This document shows, in pieces, positions 25,267 through 34,298 of a stretch of DNA of 57,929 nt. The stretch covers positions 1 to 57,929 of the forward strand of contig JAYZHR010000147.1 of the NCBI GenBank assembly GCA_036166355.1. Direction: 5' to 3'. A program made the translations under genes and the position numbers. Each line of letters starts with the position of its first letter. Within the stretch, counting starts at the first letter, position 1. Under the pieces are notes generated by a model. That model was given only the letters and a program-made list of their open reading frames with translations. It was not told the origin of the DNA and did not search any database. The DNA is from Verrucomicrobiota bacterium (GTDB lineage Bacteria; Verrucomicrobiota; Verrucomicrobiia; Limisphaerales; UBA1096).

Positions 25267-26420
25267 CTGAATTGCGTTTCCAGTTTGAAGTGTTTGAGGG
25301 GCCATTGGATTTGCTTCTCCACTTGGTACGCAAGGAAGAGGTCGATATTTATGAGGTCGACATGGTTCGAGTTGCTGATCAATTTTGTGAATATGTAGCA
25401 TTAATGAAGCAATTTGATTTGCATGTGGCTGGTGAGTTTATAGTTATGGCTTCTACACTCATGTATATCAAAAGTAAGGAGCTATTACCTGTTGATCAGC
25501 AGGTTGTGGTAGAAGACGAAGATGAAGATGAAGATCCTAGATGGGATTTAATTCGGCAATTGGTAGAGTACCGAAAGTTCAAGGATGCAGGAGATGATTT
25601 TAAGCGAATGGAATGGGAACGTGAGCAAAGTTTTCTGCGTCAGGGTGCCAAACCTAAAGTTCCGCCATTACCTATTCAGAAGGGAGAGCCTGCTTCCATT
25701 TTTGATCTGGTTGGAGCGATAAATGATATCCTTAATCGATTCGAGGAGTCGGAAAAAAGACGAGCTGAAAATACGAGAGAAATTTATGCTGACAAGTGGA
25801 CTGTTTCACAAAAAATTGTGGTGATTCGAGGTATGATCGAGCAAAGCGAAAGTGTGCTTTTCTCTGAATTATTTGAAGATGTTGAGAGTCGTCAGGAACT
25901 AGTTGCTACTTTTTTAGCGGTACTTGAATTAGTTAAGCTTAAGGTATTGTTATGTATTCAAGGTGAGAGATTTGGCGAAATCGAGCTGACTAAGAGAACT
26001 GTGGATGATGAGCTATCGGATTCATTAGAGGATTTTGACGAACCTGAATCAGTTGGGTTTAGTCCTGTTCAAGATTCTGTGGAGGTTGGTTCAATGGTGA
26101 GTAAGACTGCAGGTTTGGAAGTTTCTGGGGGAGAAGGGGGTGATGTGCTTACTATGAATATTGGCGAATTGGCACACAAGGATGCTGAGCCCATTTCATT
26201 TGAGCTGCCCGAAGAAAATCCTGTTGAGGAAATATGGGACGATCCTAATTTGCGTGAATTACCGTTAGCTTCCGATATTCTTGTGGTCAAATCCTCTGGG
26301 AAAAAGAGCCCGCCTTCTTGGACATCAGAATTAAATTTGCATTATCCAACAAAAGACAGAGTGATCTCTACAGTGCTGTTTTTGGTTATTATGGTTTTGT
26401 TGACCCTAATTTTCTTTTAA
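25263..26420 (+). CDS. scpA: Segregation and condensation protein A (kleisin) with long C-terminal extension and terminal TM helix
   Basis: The N-terminus FEVFEGPLDLLLHLVRKEEVDIYEVDM and the winged-helix end FLAVLELVKLKVL..QGERFGEIEL are classic ScpA, spanning about 245 aa. About 140 extra aa follow and end in VISTVLFLVIMVLLTLIFF. The start overlaps the phosphatase stop (ATGA at 25263..25266). Confidence 0.85.
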   Translation: MTELRFQFEVFEGPLDLLLHLVRKEEVDIYEVDMVRVADQFCEYVALMKQFDLHVAGEFIVMASTLMYIKSKELLPVDQQVVVEDEDEDEDPRWDLIRQLVEYRKFKDAGDDFKRMEWEREQSFLRQGAKPKVPPLPIQKGEPASIFDLVGAINDILNRFEESEKRRAENTREIYADKWTVSQKIVVIRGMIEQSESVLFSELFEDVESRQELVATFLAVLELVKLKVLLCIQGERFGEIELTKRTVDDELSDSLEDFDEPESVGFSPVQDSVEVGSMVSKTAGLEVSGGEGGDVLTMNIGELAHKDAEPISFELPEENPVEEIWDDPNLRELPLASDILVVKSSGKKSPPSWTSELNLHYPTKDRVISTVLFLVIMVLLTLIFF

Positions 26421-26422
26421 AA

Positions 26423-28645
26423 TCATCTTCTTCCCCATCTCGAACGACTATTAAATCGAGAAAGTCGCTCTTGGAGTGAACGATCGTCAAGTGCCATTAG
26501 CTGCCATCTCTTTAATCGATCTGTTTTAGCGAAATACTCAATGGTGCTTTGTAGTCTCTCTTCGACTTCAAATAAATCATATGGCCGCTTGGCATCGTTA
26601 ATGATGTAAGGCCTTAGTCTTTCATAATCCTGCATTACTTGATCAACTATTTTTTTTGGGTTCCAAACTGTTGCCAATAAGTAGTGCAGGGCTTCCTCTA
26701 GCATCAACTCTCCCTCATCAGTAGAGCGAAATGCTTCGACTACAACACTACGTCCTCGGCTGGAACCAAAAAGATTATTGCTACTATTTCGAAAAAGTTG
26801 ATCTGCTCCATGAGGTATAAAGTAGAACTTACGGTCACTTGGATTCCGATAAATTCGGTAATTGTTTGGAGAGAGGTATCCATCCCAATGATCACAAAGA
26901 ATTTCCATTGCCATGAAACGAGCGAAGTGGCCGAGATCTAACCAGTCTTTAAGCGGAGCAAGATCATTCATATCTTTCGCTTTTGCAGCGGCATCAGCGA
27001 AACCCATTAGGAGGCCACGTTCGGCTGTTTTAGGGTCGCTATCTAGATCGAGGTTTTTCCAGTTAGTTATATCAGTTGGTCCTTCATAAAGATCTCCACT
27101 AGGGTCTTTAAACCATCTTTTGAGAAAGTCTTCGGTTGAAGCTTCAACTTGAACATACAGTCCAAAGGGAGCTCCGTTAATTGATACAGTTGCATGGCCA
27201 ACACGCGGTGCAGGTAAACCGGCTTCCCGAAATAGTGCATATCCTAAACGTTCTCGAATATAGGTAGAATCCTGTGCTGCGTTATTAAGCTGTATTTTAT
27301 TTAATCCTTTGAAGCGTTGGCCATTATTAAAAGCATTAAACTTTACAGTGAAGCCGTTTTTGTTTTGGCCATCAAAGGGTCGAAAGCTTCCAAGAAAGCC
27401 TTTGAGCCGCACCCCTACGTCTTTGAGTTTTATATTCTTATATTGAAAAGTACCTCTGACAAATATCTTCGGTTCTTTTTTGAGGCTTTCAATGCTTTCT
27501 TTGGGTAAAGTTATTTCATATTCGGATACAGAGTTACTTTCAAATAGTTGAGAGGCATCATCTTGTTCTTTGAGAGGTTTCAAGAACATTCCAGTTGGAT
27601 TAGGTCGTCCTATAGTTTTTATTGGTTTGTTATCAGTGAATGTTTTAAGAATCTCATCAATTTTATTTTTACCAGCTTCATCAGGTATGGAGTCTTTGGC
27701 TAAGTCTAAAAATAGAATAGATAAATTGCCGTCATATTCATTCAGGTTTGTAGCAATATTAGATAATTCCTCTATCGATAACGACTCATCAGATTGATTA
27801 CTGTTTTGTTGTCGTGATCTATTGGTTAAAAATGAAAAATTACCTTCGCGTTCACGTCTGCGTTCTCCGTCATCTTGAACGCGCATTGCTGGCGGCCGAG
27901 CATTCTCTGGAAGACGTCGAGAGAAGGCACTTCGATATCTTTCCATTTCTCGATTGCGCTGGCTTTCCATTTGTGTGGTTTCCGGATAAATTTTCCGAAT
28001 AAGAGAACGCATTGCATTGCCGCTTTCTGGATGAGCTGTCCTTAGAAATTCGGATGCATCATTTAATTTTGAAATCTCGATGCTTTGCTTCATAAGAGCT
28101 TCTAGTGCCTTTTGATCGTCGGCATTATTAAATGCTTCTTGGTTGATGTTTATATCGTTTAGTATGCGGCGTTGTGCTTCTTTTGATTCTCCGAAAAACT
28201 CTACGTTTTTGGCATTGGCAATGATTCTAGCCGCTTGGTTAGCTTGTCCAACTGCAAGTAAGGTTTGAACGTGCTTATGATCAAGCAATGCCTTTCGATT
28301 TTTATCTAGTGTTTTACGGATAGTGTTTCGAACTGACTGAGCGTTGGCATCACTCAACTTCATTTCAAAAACTCCCCAAGACTTCAGTGTGCGCTCTGCT
28401 TCAATAGCTATTTCTTTTTCCGGGGAATATCTCGAAGTTGACTTAAGTAGCCTAGCTGCCTCATAGCTAAGACCCATCTCAGCCATCGAGCGAGCTGTCC
28501 GAACGAGTGAGCTATTTATTTCTGAGAGGCGCCTGCCGCGTAAATGATCCATAGGATCAATCTTGGATATATTGTCTTTTGCCAAAGGCTCTACGATAAT
28601 TGACAACAAACACAATGATATAATGCGAAGAGATTTGAAATTCAT
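26423..28645 (-). CDS. Exported CotH-family (atypical kinase fold) protein with long helical N-terminal region
   Basis: The 740-aa ORF has a signal peptide, MNFKSLRIISLCLLSIIV. The C-terminal half matches the CotH pattern: IQLNNAAQDSTYIRERLGYALFREAGLPAPR, GLYVQVE, GDLYEG and NYRIYRNPSDRKFYFIPHGADQLF. Confidence 0.8.
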   Translation of the reverse strand: MNFKSLRIISLCLLSIIVEPLAKDNISKIDPMDHLRGRRLSEINSSLVRTARSMAEMGLSYEAARLLKSTSRYSPEKEIAIEAERTLKSWGVFEMKLSDANAQSVRNTIRKTLDKNRKALLDHKHVQTLLAVGQANQAARIIANAKNVEFFGESKEAQRRILNDININQEAFNNADDQKALEALMKQSIEISKLNDASEFLRTAHPESGNAMRSLIRKIYPETTQMESQRNREMERYRSAFSRRLPENARPPAMRVQDDGERRREREGNFSFLTNRSRQQNSNQSDESLSIEELSNIATNLNEYDGNLSILFLDLAKDSIPDEAGKNKIDEILKTFTDNKPIKTIGRPNPTGMFLKPLKEQDDASQLFESNSVSEYEITLPKESIESLKKEPKIFVRGTFQYKNIKLKDVGVRLKGFLGSFRPFDGQNKNGFTVKFNAFNNGQRFKGLNKIQLNNAAQDSTYIRERLGYALFREAGLPAPRVGHATVSINGAPFGLYVQVEASTEDFLKRWFKDPSGDLYEGPTDITNWKNLDLDSDPKTAERGLLMGFADAAAKAKDMNDLAPLKDWLDLGHFARFMAMEILCDHWDGYLSPNNYRIYRNPSDRKFYFIPHGADQLFRNSSNNLFGSSRGRSVVVEAFRSTDEGELMLEEALHYLLATVWNPKKIVDQVMQDYERLRPYIINDAKRPYDLFEVEERLQSTIEYFAKTDRLKRWQLMALDDRSLQERLSRFNSRSRWGRR

Positions 28646-28727
28646 TGATTGTTAATACGGTGATTATAATAGCATGGTTACATGAATAGATGATACTTTA
28701 GGTATTCTTTTAATTATTTAAGATAAT

Positions 28728-30113
28728 CTATTCTGACTTTAAACGTAGATCGAAGCATGCCATTTCATGGCTATTTCGAACAAATAAAAATCCACCAGAA
28801 ATAGCAGGGTAATTCCATGTTCGGCCTCCTTTCAAAGCTTTAAATTGAATTTTTTCTAGAAAGGTATTTGGATTCATTTCGACTAACGTCATATCACCAG
28901 AATCACCAAGAATAATTAAGTGACCTGAAGCAGCAACAATCTGCCCATATCCATATTTATTGCCACGCCACTTAAGGGTTCCATCCAAGGCATTTATGCA
29001 CACAAGTCGATTTTCGTTAAGCCCGTATATAAAACCATCCCAATATACAGCACTTGAAAATTTGGTTTTCAATAGCTTGCTTTTCCAAAGAGTCTTGGTT
29101 TTCATTTTATTGCCATCTTCAACAATTTGAAATGCTTCTGCACCTTTCCCGTAACCAGCGGAAATTAGTATAGTGTGATCGTTTAATTGTGCAGGTTGTG
29201 AGATGTTGTTATTATTAACTGATATTCTCCATTTGTGAGACCAGTACAACTTCCCATTCGTTGGATTGATTGACATAACTATGCCTTCGAGTGCAACTAT
29301 GAGTTGTTCCTTGTTGAGTATATTAAAAAGGGTTGGAGTGCTATAAACTTGATTACCGTTGTGTTTTTTCCAGACCACTTTACCGGTATCTTTATCTAAA
29401 GCGACGATGGCATTATCATTTTGTCCTCCAGGAACTAAGATTACAGAATTTTTGTAAATGAAAGGGGATCCTGATACTCCCCAATAGGGGACTTCCGATT
29501 TATTCTCTTCGACTATATTTTTTTTCCATAGGAGTTTTCCTGAATTTGCATCAAGACAGTTTAAATGTCCTTTTGCCCCTAAGGTAAAAAGACGATCACG
29601 GCTCCAAGTAGGAGTAGATCTTGGGCCTATTCCTCCAAAATATTCCTCGAATTTGGCTGGATATTCATGTTTCCACTTAATTGCGCCAGTATCGGCTGAA
29701 AAGGCAGCTACTACCTCATTTTCATCTTGTTGTTCTATAGTAAATATCAGTCCCTTGGCGATAGAAAAAGATGAATGGCCGATTCCAATCAATTTACGCC
29801 AAAGTAGTTTTGGGCCCTCTTTTGGCCAATCTGTTAAGATGGGTTGTTCCCTATATATTCCCTCACTATTTGGGCCGCGATATGAAGTCCAGTAAGGGGA
29901 ATTTAAGTCATCATTAGTAATTTCAACTTTAGGTCCTAATATTTGGTTTTTTCGTTGTTGTTTAACTTCGTCAGTTTGAGAGCCAGATTTAGACCAAACC
30001 AGTTTTGGTATGGCGCTTCCTCGCCACTCAAGATGATTACATGCAGTCCAGGTTACGACGGATGAAATTATAAATAACCAAAGAAGTATTCTAGTTAATT
30101 GATTTAATATCAT
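28728..30113 (-). CDS. Exported PQQ-like beta-propeller repeat protein (paralogue of 22384..23661)
   Basis: The 461-aa ORF has an N-terminal TM/signal segment. It has YRGPNSEGIY and repeated D..TG...WK blades. Its start overlaps the upstream methyltransferase stop (ATGA at 30110..30113). Confidence 0.8.
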   Translation of the reverse strand: MILNQLTRILLWLFIISSVVTWTACNHLEWRGSAIPKLVWSKSGSQTDEVKQQRKNQILGPKVEITNDDLNSPYWTSYRGPNSEGIYREQPILTDWPKEGPKLLWRKLIGIGHSSFSIAKGLIFTIEQQDENEVVAAFSADTGAIKWKHEYPAKFEEYFGGIGPRSTPTWSRDRLFTLGAKGHLNCLDANSGKLLWKKNIVEENKSEVPYWGVSGSPFIYKNSVILVPGGQNDNAIVALDKDTGKVVWKKHNGNQVYSTPTLFNILNKEQLIVALEGIVMSINPTNGKLYWSHKWRISVNNNNISQPAQLNDHTILISAGYGKGAEAFQIVEDGNKMKTKTLWKSKLLKTKFSSAVYWDGFIYGLNENRLVCINALDGTLKWRGNKYGYGQIVAASGHLIILGDSGDMTLVEMNPNTFLEKIQFKALKGGRTWNYPAISGGFLFVRNSHEMACFDLRLKSE

Positions 30114-31132
30114 TCATTTTTCCTTTTCATTGTGTAATGACTTACAATCCACTCATTCCCACCAGATGTTTTCCATAATTCTGAACACGCCATAAAAAAG
30201 ATTCTCCAATAGGACCACCATTTAGTGGTTTGATTATTTCCGTAAGTTTTAGAGAAAATAGATTTAATTTGTTTTTCGTATTTTTGCATGTTTTTTAACC
30301 AAGCTTCAGCTGTTTTATGATAGTGAATTCCATTGACTATCCATTCATTATCGATAACTAGATTCTGATTAAAATAATTTAATAGGTCATGGCTAGGCAT
30401 AATGCCTCCAGTGAAAAAATGTCTCCCCATCCAGTTAGATGATCCTTCAGTTTCAAAATGATAGGCGAACTTCTTATGAGAGAATATGTGCACAAACAAT
30501 CTGCCGTTAGGCTTTAGCCAACTGTCTATTCGACCTAGCAGCTCTTGATAGTTTTTCATGTGTTCGAACATTTCGACTGACACAATCCTGTCGAATTTTT
30601 TGTCTATTTCAAAAGAATTCATGTCACATGTTTTCACTTCTATATTTTTTAAGCCTCTCTTGTTCGCAAGATTCATAATGAATTTTCGTTGATCTTGGGA
30701 ATTTGAAACTGAGATGATTTTGGAATTGGGATAATTTTCAGCCATCCAAAGACTTATCGCTCCCCAGCCACACCCTAGTTCAAGGATATCTTGTCCATCT
30801 TTCAGTTCGGCACGTTCGCATGTAAGTTTCAACATGTGCGCTTCGGCTTCATCGAGAGATTTTGTGCCTTCTGGCCAATAACAGCAGCTATATTTCAAAT
30901 GTTTTCCGAGACACATTTGAAAGAAATCTGGAGGAACCTCATAGTGCTGATCGTTTGCTGCTTGAGTTTCTATAGCGACAGGAAGTGTTATTAATTCTTC
31001 AATTAATCGGTCTTTTGCCCCTGCCTGATGCTTGATTGTTTCAGATTTGATCCGGATTTGATTTAATTTTCTTATGCGTTGCCTAATTAGAAAATCGGGG
31101 ATTAAGTTTTTTTCTAGTAGCCGATCAATCAT
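30110..31132 (-). CDS. SAM-dependent methyltransferase, cyclopropane-fatty-acyl-phospholipid-synthase family (second copy)
   Basis: The 340-aa ORF has HYEVPPDFFQMCLGKHLKYSCCYW. The SAM motif is ILELGCGWGAISLWMAE. Confidence 0.85.
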   Translation of the reverse strand: MIDRLLEKNLIPDFLIRQRIRKLNQIRIKSETIKHQAGAKDRLIEELITLPVAIETQAANDQHYEVPPDFFQMCLGKHLKYSCCYWPEGTKSLDEAEAHMLKLTCERAELKDGQDILELGCGWGAISLWMAENYPNSKIISVSNSQDQRKFIMNLANKRGLKNIEVKTCDMNSFEIDKKFDRIVSVEMFEHMKNYQELLGRIDSWLKPNGRLFVHIFSHKKFAYHFETEGSSNWMGRHFFTGGIMPSHDLLNYFNQNLVIDNEWIVNGIHYHKTAEAWLKNMQKYEKQIKSIFSKTYGNNQTTKWWSYWRIFFMACSELWKTSGGNEWIVSHYTMKRKNE

Positions 31133-31917
31133 TATAAGTATTTTTTTGGTGGTAAAGGGATGAAGCTGGAAGTTGTTTTTTGATATTTTTTGTAGGCATT
31201 TCCTTTTGATATGAGGTTTTGTTTTTCATTGTTACTGACTCCAGTAACTTTCAATAGAAGAAATAGCATTAGAATTGGACAGTAAATTGTCCACCATCCG
31301 CCTGAGTTAATTGAAAAAATAAAAAATCCAACCCAGGCTAACCACTGAAAGAAATAATTTGGGTGCCGTGAATAATTCCATAATCCAGTGTTGCATACTT
31401 CATTTGGACTGTTGTTATTTTTGAATCTGGATAACTGTAAGTCTGCCAAAGCTTCGCCTGCGATAGCGATTAATATAGTTAATAAACCAAGATATTCAAT
31501 TGGGCTGATTTTTGGATCTTGATTCCAAGTAGGCACAGCGAAAATCAATGAAAAAATTATTATTGCCAGGCCCTGAAAATGAAAAAAAACAAACATTTTT
31601 AATGTGCTATTTGGACCCCATTTCTTTCTTAATTCTGAATATCTGCCGTCTTCTTTTGGATGTAGCTTCCAACAACGAATCAAAAGATGTATCCCTAGTC
31701 TGCTGGCCCAAATAAATGCTATGCTTCCCAAAAGAACTCGTCTGTGTTCATGTCCCTCACTGGTAAAAGAAAAATAAGCAGCTAGAATAGCAAAGCTAAA
31801 ACCCCATAAAACATCTATTATTCCTGCGTTGCGTATGGTTATGCCAATTACAAACGTGATGTTTATTATAAGGAAAACACCTATCCAAGCTGATGAAAGT
31901 TGGTCAAGTGGATTCAT
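31132..31917 (-). CDS. DUF1295-family polytopic membrane protein (steroid-reductase/ICMT-like superfamily)
   Basis: The 261-aa ORF is multi-TM. It carries the hallmark YSRHPNYFFQWLAWVGF. Confidence 0.8.
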   Translation of the reverse strand: MNPLDQLSSAWIGVFLIINITFVIGITIRNAGIIDVLWGFSFAILAAYFSFTSEGHEHRRVLLGSIAFIWASRLGIHLLIRCWKLHPKEDGRYSELRKKWGPNSTLKMFVFFHFQGLAIIIFSLIFAVPTWNQDPKISPIEYLGLLTILIAIAGEALADLQLSRFKNNNSPNEVCNTGLWNYSRHPNYFFQWLAWVGFFIFSINSGGWWTIYCPILMLFLLLKVTGVSNNEKQNLISKGNAYKKYQKTTSSFIPLPPKKYL

Positions 31918-32251
31918 TATTTCTTTTCAATAGAAAATCTTCGAAAGAGGCATTATTTGGTAATCGAAAAGCTTGAAACAAACCGTATGAAGCTATTGCG
32001 ATGTTTCCTAGCGAGCATATGGCAAGAAATGATGGAATTCTAATGAACCAAGATTTTTCTTTATACATTAACCATCCGTAAAAAATGAAAAATCCCCAAT
32101 AACAATCTAAAAGAGTTGCTAAAAACCATGGGCTATTTCCTTGTTCTTTGAAGTAGGTAAACATGTTTTGCTGAGATCCGGCATAGATACAAATCAAAAG
32201 CATTGATACCAACATGAGAGCAAAGAATACTAGAAGAAGATTACGGGTCAT
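31904..32251 (-). CDS. Small membrane protein, family not assigned
   Basis: The 115-aa ORF has 3-4 predicted hydrophobic helices. It sits inside the operon with a 14-nt overlap downstream and a 4-nt gap upstream. Confidence 0.6.
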   Translation of the reverse strand: MTRNLLLVFFALMLVSMLLICIYAGSQQNMFTYFKEQGNSPWFLATLLDCYWGFFIFYGWLMYKEKSWFIRIPSFLAICSLGNIAIASYGLFQAFRLPNNASFEDFLLKRNNEST

Positions 32252-32255
32252 TGGC

Positions 32256-33509
32256 TTATTTTAGCGTTAAATTATTAGGCCTAGTGTAGACAGCTTGAGC
32301 AACGCCAACATTCCTCATAGAAAATCCGGCAGAGCAGTAGCAGAGATAATAATTCCATTTACGAATAAAATTTTCATCAAAGCCCAATGCGCGAACTTCA
32401 GGAAGAGATTTGTTAAATCTTTCGTGCCAAGCCATGAGCGTTTTTGAGTAATTACCACTGAACTCCTCCCATGAATGAAGAAACAGTGTGCCGACCCTGT
32501 TCATTGCTTCTGCTACTCGATGCTGTGCCAGTAATAATGATCCAGGGAAAATGTGTTTTTGAGTCCAGTCGTTGCCCTTTCGGAGTTCTTGATACCGCGA
32601 ATCAGGACATGTGATAATTTGTAATCCTAGAAGTCCTTCGGGTTTTAGTAGTTTATTGCATTGGCGGAAATATTCCTCGAGGTATGCGTCACCAACTGCT
32701 TCCATCATTTCAATTGAAACGATTTTATCAAATTTGCCAACTACTTTCCTGTAGTCTTCAAATAGGAAGGTAACTCTGTCTGATAGCCCTAATGTGTTTA
32801 TTCGTTCCTTTGCGTAGTGCAACTGTTCTTCAGAAATGGTTATGCCTGTGATTTGGCATCCATACTGGCTTGCGGCATGTTCTGCAAATCCGCCCCAGCC
32901 ACATCCGATTTCAAGAACATGATCAGATTCCTTGATTTTGAGCTTTTTGCAAAGTCGATCATATTTAGCGATTTGAGCCTCATTAAGATTGTCGTCATTA
33001 TTTTCAAAGTATGCACAGGAATAAGTCATGCTTTTATCAAGGAAAAGCTTATAGAATTCGTTTCCAAGATCATAATGTTCGTGGATATTCTTTTTGCTAT
33101 TATCAAGTGTATTGGATCGGAATTTATGACGTATTCGGTTTATAATCCCTAGACTGTTAATTAGCAGAGATCGAGCTGCTTTAAGAGATTTTGATGGTGA
33201 TTTCTTTACATTTAAAATAAACCAAGAAATTACTGTGCAAATATCATTTGTGTCCCAGTCTCCATCAACATAAGCCTCACCGAGCCCTATATCTCCATAT
33301 AGCGCACATTTAGTAAAAAAATTATTTGAACGGATCCGCATGATGGCTGGCTCACAACTATCATCTTCACCGTAACTAATTATTTTTCCGCAAGGAAGGT
33401 GCATTTCCATTCGTCCTTTATTCATTTTACTGAAGTATTGAAGGATTATTTTTTTGCTTTGATTGATCCAGAACGAGTCCTCGCTGGAATGGGTCTTAGT
33501 CTTATTCAT
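32256..33509 (-). CDS. Cyclopropane-fatty-acyl-phospholipid synthase family methyltransferase
   Basis: The 417-aa ORF has the hallmark HYDLGNEFYKLFLDKSMTYSCAYF. The SAM motif is VLEIGCGWGGFAEHAA. Confidence 0.9.
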   Translation of the reverse strand: MNKTKTHSSEDSFWINQSKKIILQYFSKMNKGRMEMHLPCGKIISYGEDDSCEPAIMRIRSNNFFTKCALYGDIGLGEAYVDGDWDTNDICTVISWFILNVKKSPSKSLKAARSLLINSLGIINRIRHKFRSNTLDNSKKNIHEHYDLGNEFYKLFLDKSMTYSCAYFENNDDNLNEAQIAKYDRLCKKLKIKESDHVLEIGCGWGGFAEHAASQYGCQITGITISEEQLHYAKERINTLGLSDRVTFLFEDYRKVVGKFDKIVSIEMMEAVGDAYLEEYFRQCNKLLKPEGLLGLQIITCPDSRYQELRKGNDWTQKHIFPGSLLLAQHRVAEAMNRVGTLFLHSWEEFSGNYSKTLMAWHERFNKSLPEVRALGFDENFIRKWNYYLCYCSAGFSMRNVGVAQAVYTRPNNLTLK

Positions 33510-33530
33510 TATATGTGAGAAAATTTAATT

Positions 33531-34298
33531 TTACCTTAACAAATCTTTTTGCAGTTGAGGGTTGTCTTTTTTCGGATAGTGTTTCAAACCCTTTATATTT
33601 AGCCTTAAAGCATGCCAGTGGATTAGGAGGATTACTTTAAGGGTCAGTAGGGGGTATTTTATTGTCAGCCATATTAATTGACGATTGGTAAAATATTTAG
33701 CTTCACCATGAACAGAGCTAGCAAGAATTTGTGTCTTTCCTTCAAATTCATTTATTTTTATATCGAGTAACTCATTTGGAATGCCAAAATCAAAATCAAA
33801 TTCTAAATCAAGACTAGAGAATGGTGATACATAAAAATGTTTTGGAATCCTTAATTTAAAACGATTGTTAACAATATTTTCAATTGGGTACAATTTCATT
33901 TCCCGGAATGTATTGCTTACTTCAGCGATAGAGCAAACTGGCTGGGAATTTTTATCATAAATAAAATAGAATGATACGGGGTTGAAAATATATCCAGCAA
34001 TACGTGGCATTGTAATAAGGAATATTCGACAGTTCTTGCTTACTTCAATGCCTGTGGAGTTAGTATACTCAACTATTTTTCTCTTGATATTTTTATTGTT
34101 ATTATTGGCATGATCTTTGTCGAAAAATGAAAAGAGATTTAGCCTGTTGTAGCTAAATAAGAAGTGTTTACTTGAGAGTGATTGGAGTTCATCTAGATCA
34201 AGGCAAAACATAAATATTCGGTAAATAAAACCGTTCCTTATTGGGTTAAGGCGTTTATGCATAACCCGGCATTCATAGATTCTAGAAATTAATTCCAA
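33531..34298 (-). CDS. DUF1365-family protein
   Basis: The 255-aa ORF starts IYECRVMHKRLNPIRNGFIYRIFMFCLDLDEL, which is typical of DUF1365. It shows the conserved pairing with an FAD oxidoreductase and a CFA-synthase-like gene. Confidence 0.8.
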   Translation of the reverse strand: MELISRIYECRVMHKRLNPIRNGFIYRIFMFCLDLDELQSLSSKHFLFSYNRLNLFSFFDKDHANNNNKNIKRKIVEYTNSTGIEVSKNCRIFLITMPRIAGYIFNPVSFYFIYDKNSQPVCSIAEVSNTFREMKLYPIENIVNNRFKLRIPKHFYVSPFSSLDLEFDFDFGIPNELLDIKINEFEGKTQILASSVHGEAKYFTNRQLIWLTIKYPLLTLKVILLIHWHALRLNIKGLKHYPKKDNPQLQKDLLR

